Position numbers and translations under genes: made by a program
Assembly: GCA_001275005.1 (NCBI GenBank)
Contig: JWZX01003036.1
Location: forward strand, 1 to 38,576
DNA: 38,576 nt
Reading direction: 5' to 3'
Origin: Chrysochromulina tobinii
Taxonomy: Eukaryota
Shown: piece after piece, positions 30,699-38,576 of the stretch
Position numbering within the stretch: position 1 is the stretch's first letter
Layout: each line of letters begins with the position of its first letter
The notes under the pieces: generated by a model
What the model saw: the letters and a program-made list of their open reading frames with translations, nothing else
The model's database searches: none
Told to the model about the DNA's origin: nothing

Positions 30699-32612
30699 TG
30701 CCGGAGTTTGGCGATGGGGAGAGCTGGGAAGACCGTGGGAGGCAATTTGGGCCCGGAGCCGAGCCAGAGAGGCTGACGACTCTCGAGAACAGCGGCTGAG
30801 ATGGAGAGTGAGAAGAGCGGTTGAACTCCGAACCGAGCCGGAGGGCTGACGGTTGCGAAGAGGAGGGCCGCGGGAGGAAACCCGGGCGAGGCAAGGTGGA
30901 GGGCCGCAGGAGCGGCGGACTCCGGATCGAGCCTGATGGAGCCGCGGGAAGCGGTTGAGCTCCAGACTGGGCCGGGAAGGCTGAAGGTGCAGGGGCAGCC
31001 CGAAAAGAAGATGAGAAAGAAGATAGAAGCTGCGGGCGGGAGCCCGAGCGGGTCAGGAAGGAGGGCCGCGGGAAGCGGCAGAACTCCGTTCAAGCCTGGA
31101 GGCGAACGTCGGAAGGAGAGAAGAATGAGAAACTCCACTCGAAGAGGGAGCGAAAAAGAAGATCTGCGGCAGGCTGAGACCTGGTCGCGGACGCGACGCC
31201 GGGTGGAGGAGGCGTCGGCGATGGGAGGGCATCTAGTAGATGCTGGCCGAGAGGGCCGAGTCCGTCCAGTGGCGGAGAGGGACAGCCATTCGTTCGAAAC
31301 GAAGTGGCTTGAGAGAGGGATGTGTGAACGCGCCTTGGTGGGCGCGCCTGTGTCTAGGGGTGTTCGACACCGGCGGGCGCCGTTGCGAATTGCATATAGT
31401 ATGCTTCGGGCCGTAAACCCCCCAAACACAGCTCCGCGAAGAACATACGAAGTCCGCTCCTGTTGTAATAGAATAAAGATGAAAGCAGTAGCGGATCTCA
31501 CAGGACTCACACTCTACAGCATGCTGCAACTTGCATGTGACCGACTACTGACCATCACAGCGGACGTCCGGCATGCAAGTAGCAAGAGACCATCATGCAA
31601 GCACATGGCCCAGGTTGTTAGCCCACCTTGCTATCCAACCATGATCAACCGCCGATGTCAGCTCCAGCGGCGAGATGGCTAGCCCGCATGGCTGCCCACA
31701 TGCATGCCCGCGCACGTGCACGCCCCCCCCCCCCATGCCCGCCCGCCAGTTCCCAGCCCCCAGAGCAGTCGCGACACGCGTGTGCGTCGCAGCCGCCACT
31801 ACCCAATCTCTCGGGTGCGCTCCCCAACGACCCCCCCCATGCGCCGTCCGCTGCCCGTGCCTCGTCTCGTCGCGAGCTGAGCGCACAACGATGGCATTCT
31901 TCGTCGTGCATGCCTCCACTGAAGGACGCCGCGTGCTGCTGAGCGGCAGAAAGACCTCAAGGACACGTGCCACGCCCATCCGCCGCCCGATCGCCGCGTC
32001 GAGGGATCGAGGCCACACCCGTCGTAGTCTCTCACTCGACGGGTATGGCGCCAACACCCCTCGTGGTCGATCGAGCTGCGCCCCCCTGCCCCACCGACAG
32101 GACTCCCCCCAACCTGCGAAAATGCTCCGAAAAATGCTCCGAATGCGCCCCACCGACAGGACTCCACCCCCTCCCTGCGAAATGCTCCGAATGCTGCTGC
32201 CTGCCTCGTACGAGTAGAAACCAAGAGGTGCCCCACAGGCACCGCTGGACTGCTGGAAGAAAGATCCTACCCACCGTAGTCGTCTGCCCACCATTCGCCG
32301 CCGCCCTCGCGGTGCCCATGTGACTGGTAACGTCGTCGCGGCTGGCTCGCCGCCTAATGGCGTGACCGTAGAACCTCTCATCATCCCGGCTAATGAAGAA
32401 GCCACTCCCGGCTAATGAAGAAAGAAGGAGCGAGGAGGCAGAAAGCCGTCCACCCTCGCTCCTGCCCGCCCTCTGCTCTCTGACCGCAGCACGTCGTCGT
32501 CCCCCGGCCCAAGCCAACGCCTCATCGATGCGCTCAACATGACGCCTCATCGATGCGCTCAACATGACGCCTCCTCTCGGCACTGGCTTGCCCCGGGCGC
32601 GAGCGCGCGCGC

Positions 32613-34276
32613 TTACGCGTTGAAGAGCTCAATATACCGAGTGCCCATGTGCTTGTTGTTCATAATGGTCGCGCGCTGCGCCTCGGCCGGCGACGTAAAG
32701 GTGACGAAGCAGTCGCCCGACGCGCGCCCGTCGCGCTGGCCGATGACTACGCCGCCAGGGACGACCTGGAAACCAGCAAAGAAGCGCATCACGTCCTCGA
32801 CCGTTGAGCGGAAGGGGATGCCGCGCATTCGGAGGGTCGAGCCTTTCGGGGTCGGGCTGCCTGGCATGTGCGGGCCGCCCATGCCCATGCCCATGTGCTG
32901 CTGCATGCCCCCGTGCGCGCCGCCCATGGCGCCGTAGCCGTAGGCCGCCTGGCCATACGGAGACCCATGCATGCCGTATGCGCCCATGCCGTACGCGGCC
33001 TGCGCGCCCATGCCATTGGGCGCCATGACGGCCATGTTGGCCATGTAGCCGCCCACAAACTGCTCGAGCGCCGCGATGAGCTCGCCGCGCGAGACGCGGA
33101 AGAGCTCGACGTACCTGTGGGGACGCGGCGCCGTGGTGAGCACGTGCATGCAAGGCAGATCATCACGTGGCAATCCACGTGAAGCTCCGAGACGCGGAAG
33201 AGTTCGACGTACCTGCCGCCGATGTGCTGCCGATCCTTGCTCATGGCGCGCTCGCGGTCGTCGGCCGACGAGAACTCGACGTAGGCCTCTCCCGTGGGCT
33301 GCTCGCGCTCGTTGAAGATGAGGTGCACGCCGTTGAGAGGCACTGAGAATCCCGAGAAAAAGTCGAGGATGTCGTTGCGGGTCACCTTGTACGGCAGCCC
33401 GCGCATCTTGACGACCGAATCAGAGCCGGGCATGCCGCCCATGTAGCCCATCTGAGGCATGCCGTAGGGCGCGTAGCCATACGGGCCGCCCATGTGGGCG
33501 GCGGCGGCGTGCTGAGCCATCGCGCTTGGGTGCATCGAGTGCATGCCCGGCGCGAGGTTGTTCGACTTGCCAACGCGCTGCAGCGCCATCATCATCTGCT
33601 CAGGCGTCGCTCGGAAGACTTCGACGTAGCGCGTGCCGATGGTGGCCCGATCCTTGTTGAGCGCGGCGTCGGCGACCTCCTCGGAAGCGAACTCGACGAA
33701 AGCCTCTCCATTGGGCCGTCCATTGGGCCCGAGGATCAGGTGCACGCCGTGAAGACCCTTGGGCGCGTCGTAGCCCTGGAAGAAGGCGAGGATCATCTCA
33801 GCCGTCGTATTGAACGGCAGCCCGCGCAGCCGCACGATGCCATTCGAACCCAGATCCCCCATGCCCATGGCGCCCCACGCGCCGTGGCCGCCCGTTGGCG
33901 TGGCCGGCGCCACGTTGGCCTGGTTCATCTCGCCCTCGCTCGACAGGAAGACCTCGACATATCGCGTGCCCATGTGGCGGTGGTTGAGCGACTGCACGGC
34001 GCGCTCGGCCGCCATATCGGGCAGCTCGACGTACTGCGAGGTGAGAGAAACGAGGGTGAGAGCGGGTGAGAGCGGGTCGTTGGGATGCAAGGCGGGATGG
34101 GTTGGCAGTGGCGGCAGCAGCGGCAGCAGCGGCAGCGGCGGCGGCAGCAGCGGCAGCAGCGGCGCGCAGCGGCGCGCAGCGGCGCGCAGCAGCGCGCAGC
34201 AGCGCGCAGCAGCGAGCAGCAGCGAGCAATAGCTGCTGCTAGCAGGCATGGCAGCAGCTAGCGCCCATGGCTGCTA

Positions 34277-34345
<69 letters not shown>

Positions 34346-34834
34346 GCTGCTGCTGCTTGCTGCTGCTGCTGCTGCTGATTGCTGCTGCTGCTGCTGCTGC
34401 TTGCTGCTTGCTGCTGCTGCTGCTAATTTCTATGGCTGTCGTTTCTGCCGTTGGCGCTGGAGCGCGCGGGACGGCGGCTGCGGCGGATTGCTCACCGCCT
34501 CGCCGCTCTTGCGGCCTGTCGTGTTGTACGTGAAGATCACGCGGCGCGCCTGCTGCGGCGAGCCCGGCGCGGACGCAAACCACTGCGCAACCTCCTGCTC
34601 GGTCGCGGAAAAGGGCAGGCCGCGCAAGCGCACGTACGACGAGCCGTTACCTGGCTGCTGCTGCTGCTGTGCCACACCGTTGGGCTGAGCGACCTGGCCC
34701 TGCGGCGGAGGCGCGCCCTGCTGTGGAGGAGCCTGAGTGCCCGGCACCTGCGGCTGTGTCACGCCGTTGGTGGGCGGTGCCACCTGCGCCGGTGGCGTCG
34801 GCGGCGGCGCGACGGGCATCTGCGGCGCCTCCAT
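32613..34834 (-). CDS. hnRNP F/H- or ESRP-like RNA-binding protein with four quasi-RRMs; exons 34834-34496, 34033-33213, 33114-32613
   Basis: Four copies of (V/L)(R/K)(L/M)RG(L/I)P(F/Y)...G(E/D)(A/C)(F/Y)V...RY(V/I)E(V/L)F. Both introns restore the frame. Confidence 0.9.
33115..33212 (-). other. GT-AG intron (98 nt) bracketed by 28-bp direct repeat with 1 mismatch
   Basis: CAGGTACGTCGARCTCTTCCGCGTCTCG at 33215-33188 and 33117-33090. Carries TGCATGCACGTGCTCACCACGG...CCCCACAG. Confidence 0.9.
34271..34424 (+). repeat. Interrupted (CTG)n microsatellite, i.e. (CAG)n in the pre-mRNA, inside intron 34034-34495
   Basis: Visible in the sequence. Lies between a GTGAGC donor (34495) and a CTCGCAG acceptor (34034) of the qRRM gene. 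Confidence 0.95.
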
Positions 34835-35280
34835 CACCACTGGCGAGCACGGATGACGTCGACGCCATGACGACCCCTCGAGAAGTGTGAACGAGCGTGG
34901 CAGTGCGCCACGGAAAGGCGTCCGTTCACGTTCACGTTAATTGGCCATCACGGCGAGACGCACAGCCACAGGTCCCGTGGAGACCCATCGTGGGGGGCGC
35001 AAAGCACAGAAAGGCGTCAAGAGGCCGCGCGCGCCGTGTGCGCGCTGCCGCTGGTGGACGCCGGCGGCGAAACGAGAGAAAACCCTCGTATAACTGGACG
35101 CACTGGTCACCATCGGTGCATGTTGAGCATCATACATGTATACAAGTATAGCATCTTGTAGACTAGCATCAACGTCGGGCCCGCGACGCTGACCCGCGGG
35201 TCAGCATGTGTATTTCATGTGTGTGTGACCCTTATGCGCTAATTATGCGCCAATATACGAATATTACAATTGTTACAACG

Positions 35281-35452
35281 ATCATCGGCCCCGCAATCCG
35301 CCTCCTTGGCGACCCAAGACTGCCCTCCTTCCAAGCGAAAGCGGATGCAATCCTTCGAGGAGATGGCTCGACCATCGCCCCTGGCCACCCTGTCCTCGGC
35401 TGCCCCGTCGGCACCGACGCCCACGTTGAGAAGGTCATCCAAACCTCCATCG
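35281..35452 (+). mobile_element. Possible fragment of a non-LTR (CRE-like) retrotransposon reverse transcriptase
   Basis: GHPVLGCPVGTDAHVEKVI resembles the GxxVLGxPxG segment of late RT motifs in CRE-type elements. The match is short and recalled from memory. Confidence 0.3.
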
Positions 35453-35765
35453 TAAGTTGAAAGTTCGTAACGATCATCGATCAACGAAGGCCCACATGAG
35501 ATGTCACATGTGGAAGGGCGGCTCCAGCTGACATAGTATAAGGCGTATACCCTTGTTCGGCCCTTCCGAAGGAGACCAGCCGCATCCCTGCATCTCGCAC
35601 TGACCCACTCGCCACTGTGCACATGCATCCGATCAAAGACAAAGTACGCAAAAGTACGCCCTTGACCGTGCCCCGCGCCGCTCCCCTTCATCAGCCAATG
35701 AAGGGTCGGTGGCGCTTGTAAATAGCTTTTACATTCAGGTGGCCCTCCAACATGTGGCCTGTGGC

Positions 35766-36683
35766 CTACGCCGCATGTGTCTTTGCAAAGACTCGGCGCA
35801 TCATCAGGCAGTGGCCCATCGACGCATGCGGCAAGAGCGACCGAAGGTCGTCGAGACTCATATCACCCACCAAATCCAGGGTGATGTCCTCGTCCGCAAA
35901 GGCCTTCCTGTACTTGGCCAAGGCTGCATGCTCCGGTTTGGACAGGAGCTCCGCAACTGACCCCGAAATGGGCTTCTCAGCCTGCTCGACCCTGTATTGC
36001 TCCAACACATGATGCCTGGCATTGAACATCGACTGGACGCTCTTGGTCGAAGCGAAGACCAGGGGAACAGCCACGAAGAGGCCCAAAAGTCCGATGGAGA
36101 TGAACCCAGCGATGAGGCCGAGATGCGATAGGACGAGCCATACTTGGGCAAATATGTAAAACAGGAAACCGAGGACCAAGAACAAGAAGTGGAAGTTCAA
36201 CAAGATGAATCCCATGCTTTCGGACCAGTAGGCTACCTCGGCCTTAGTCTTGAGCTCGCTGACTTGGATGTACAGGTACAGGGAGTGGAGCACCGACCCA
36301 AATAGGCACCACATTGCAAGAGAGTTGATGAACACGTAGACCTGGCCGGTAATCTCCAGGGTCACGATGCCAGAGGAGAACTCATCGATCTCTCCACCGA
36401 CAGCCGTCGCGTCTAATGCAATCATGGTGAAGAGAAGTGCGGCGACGACACCGACATTGACGAAATTATCCTTGATCATGGAGCCGTTTTCCGCGGTGTG
36501 TACAAAATCGCCGAGTTTGAGCCATTGGTTGCTCACGAAGAGCCAGAGAGCCTTCCATAACGAGACATCCGCGTCAAGATGCTTGTCTTTGCCGCCTTGC
36601 TCGCCGCCGTGCACGCTTGCGGCAGCCTCGATGTACGCTTCATCGCCGTCCACGATGCTCACCTTACGGGTTCCGAGACCCAT
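35766..36683 (-). CDS. Multi-pass membrane protein (about 4 TM, PGG-domain-like) with C-terminal SAM domain
   Basis: TM segments NVGVVAALLFTMIAL, LAMWCLFGSVLHSLYLYI, FLFLVLGFLFYIFAQVWLV and IAGFISIGLLGLFVAVPLV. SAM-like LAKYRKAFADEDITLDLVGDMSLDDLRSLL...MGH. Confidence 0.75.
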   Translation of the reverse strand: MGLGTRKVSIVDGDEAYIEAAASVHGGEQGGKDKHLDADVSLWKALWLFVSNQWLKLGDFVHTAENGSMIKDNFVNVGVVAALLFTMIALDATAVGGEIDEFSSGIVTLEITGQVYVFINSLAMWCLFGSVLHSLYLYIQVSELKTKAEVAYWSESMGFILLNFHFLFLVLGFLFYIFAQVWLVLSHLGLIAGFISIGLLGLFVAVPLVFASTKSVQSMFNARHHVLEQYRVEQAEKPISGSVAELLSKPEHAALAKYRKAFADEDITLDLVGDMSLDDLRSLLPHASMGHCLMMRRVFAKTHAA

Positions 36684-36859
36684 TCTTTGTCGGACAGGCG
36701 ACCACAACGTCGATTTTTGCTGAAGAGCGAAAACGCAAACGCCATTTTCGAACCTCGCCACATCTCCTCAAGTCAAGTCACCTCTCATCCACCTCATTCA
36801 CGCTCCATTCACGCAACATTGGTCCGCGAGAAATCAATACGTGCAGCCTTCGCCGTCTA

Positions 36860-38011
36860 ATGCGAGCAGCTATCCTTACAGGCCTCAAGACGATCGAGAT
36901 TGTCGAGCGCCCGGTGGCGGATCCCGCCAAAGGCGAGGTTGCGCTCGCCATTAACGCCGTCGGAATCTGTGGCTCGGACTTGGCCTACTGGGCGCAGGGC
37001 GTGGCTGGCGGCTTCAAGAAGCTCGACTTCTCGGCCGAGGGCCTGTGCAAGGGCTACTGCGGCCAGATGGGGCACGAGTGCGCGGGAACCGTCATCGCCG
37101 TTGGCGAGGGCGTCGACTCGCTCGTCGTCGGCGACCGCGTAGCCCTCGAGCCGGGCGTGCCGTGCGGCACGTGCGTCCAACACTGCCGCAAGGGCAGGTA
37201 CAACCTCTGCAAGTCGATGCGCTTCATCGGCTCGGCGGTGAACGAGGTGCCCGGAGCGATGGTGACGCGCTTCAACCACCCGGCCGCCTTTTGCTACAAG
37301 CTGCCCACCCACATCTCGCTCGACGAGGGCGCCATGTTCGAGCCTCTCTGCGTCGCGCTCCAGGCGGTGCGCCGCGCGCGTGTGGGGATCGCGATGCGGG
37401 TGCTGATCACAGGTGCGGGCCCCATCGGGCTGATGACGCTGCTCGCGGCCAAGGCGGCGGGCGCGACCGTCCTTGCCATCACCGACATGGTCGACGCCAA
37501 GCTCGTCGTCGCTCGCACTCTCGGCGCCACATATACCTTCAAGGCCAACACACCGAACCTCGTCTCAGTCGCGCAACAGGCGGTGGGCGGCGAGTTCGAC
37601 GTGACCTTCGAGTGCTCCGGCGTGGTGCCCGCGCTTGACCTGTGCGTCAGCGCCACCGGCTCGGGCGGCGTCCTCTGCGTCGTCGCCAACTACAAGGCCG
37701 ACGAGGCGGGACGTACTCCTGTGAGATTGCAGGAGCTCGCGAGGCGGGAGATCGATCTCGTCGGCGTGTACCGGTACTGCAATCTGTACCCGACGGCGCT
37801 CGAGCTCGTCTCGAGCGGCGCGGTCAACCTCAAGCCCCTAATCTCGCGCAAGTTCTCGCTCGAGCAGGCGGGGCATGCTTTTGAGTACTTTGCGACCGGC
37901 GAGCCGATTAAGGTACTCATCACGCCGAATGAGGCCGCGGGCGACGACGGGTGCAAGCCGTGCGAGTTTGACGAAGTGAGCCTCGAGAAGGCAAGAGAGT
38001 TTGGCGTATGA
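36860..38011 (+). CDS. Zn-dependent sorbitol/xylitol dehydrogenase (medium-chain dehydrogenase family)
   Basis: Motifs VGICGSD, MGHECAG, GDRVALEPGVPCGTC...CRKGRYNLC (structural Zn), GAMFEPL, GAGPIG and GVYRYCNLYP. Confidence 0.92.
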   Translation: MRAAILTGLKTIEIVERPVADPAKGEVALAINAVGICGSDLAYWAQGVAGGFKKLDFSAEGLCKGYCGQMGHECAGTVIAVGEGVDSLVVGDRVALEPGVPCGTCVQHCRKGRYNLCKSMRFIGSAVNEVPGAMVTRFNHPAAFCYKLPTHISLDEGAMFEPLCVALQAVRRARVGIAMRVLITGAGPIGLMTLLAAKAAGATVLAITDMVDAKLVVARTLGATYTFKANTPNLVSVAQQAVGGEFDVTFECSGVVPALDLCVSATGSGGVLCVVANYKADEAGRTPVRLQELARREIDLVGVYRYCNLYPTALELVSSGAVNLKPLISRKFSLEQAGHAFEYFATGEPIKVLITPNEAAGDDGCKPCEFDEVSLEKAREFGV

Positions 38012-38576
38012 TGAGTGGGTTCATGTGGACGAACAAAGGGTCAAGAAAAGGCGCGCGCTGCCTCTTATAGACATGTTAGAGATTATTTAAGAGATTATAC
38101 ATCTGAGATTATAAGTCGCGTCTTCAAACAAGACTTCCGCGTCTTGTGCACTCTCATCTCTCTCGTCTCTGTGTCTCTGAAGTCTGAACACTTGTATTCT
38201 TGTTCTATATGTGTATACCAAAAAGATAGTCCTGCTTTTGACGCTGCGATTCGGAGATTCGGTCGCACGTTCGGTCGTCGCGCTGTCGTGCGGGAATGTT
38301 GGTGGGTTTGGATGGTTGTGAGGTTCGTCTGTGTGATCCGTGTGCCCGTGTGTGCCCGAATCCCGTGTGGCACCCCCGGTGTCTAATTACCAGTACACCC
38401 CCCGGTGTCTTTTTACCGGTACATGTACTAGCTTACCGACCGAAGAAACTACTGAACTTTCTCAGCTTTTTTCTCTGTGAAGGAAGTGGAGTCAGCACAC
38501 GCCCTTAGGTCCATCAGACTTGCCTTGAGCTGAAAAGAGTTCCTAGCCGCTCTGTTTTGGCATCCGAATTATGTAA

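Noticed and set aside
29902..31510. Long minus-strand ORFs (330 and 480 aa)
   Set aside because: They are low-complexity translations of the purine-rich satellite with no domain motifs.
34239..34688. Poly-Ala, poly-Cys and poly-Gln ORFs
   Set aside because: They are translations of the intronic CTG/CAG microsatellite.
1..38576. tRNA, rRNA or intact transposase genes
   Set aside because: None was recognisable by eye. A covariance-model or HMM scan would be needed to exclude them.

Overview
This is GC-rich, gene-dense eukaryotic DNA with spliceosomal introns. The gene families and intron style suggest a haptophyte alga, possibly Chrysochromulina-like (inference, not checked). I can support about 14 protein genes: a PLOD-type glycosyltransferase, a nucleotide-diphospho-sugar transferase-like protein, a coiled-coil protein, a one-exon-per-blade WD40 protein, an EGF+GT47 exostosin, a GH20 hexosaminidase, an EF-hand+BSU1-like PPP phosphatase, an S10 carboxypeptidase, two tandem Cys-repeat/ShK surface-protein paralogues, a small membrane protein, a four-qRRM hnRNP F/H-like protein, a TM+SAM protein and a sorbitol/xylitol dehydrogenase. 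There are also several minisatellites and possible transposon relics. The most striking signal is the intron architecture. At least six introns in four unrelated genes contain a 12-29 bp copy of the adjacent exon, which supplies one splice site. They also carry one of two shared filler modules, TGATTGCCTCCCTCATCAG-like or TGCATGCAAGTGCTC...CCCACAG. One site carries four such units stacked head to tail. This looks like a recent, repeated intron-generating insertion process with long, variable target-site duplications. All splice models were inferred by eye from reading-frame restoration, without transcript data.
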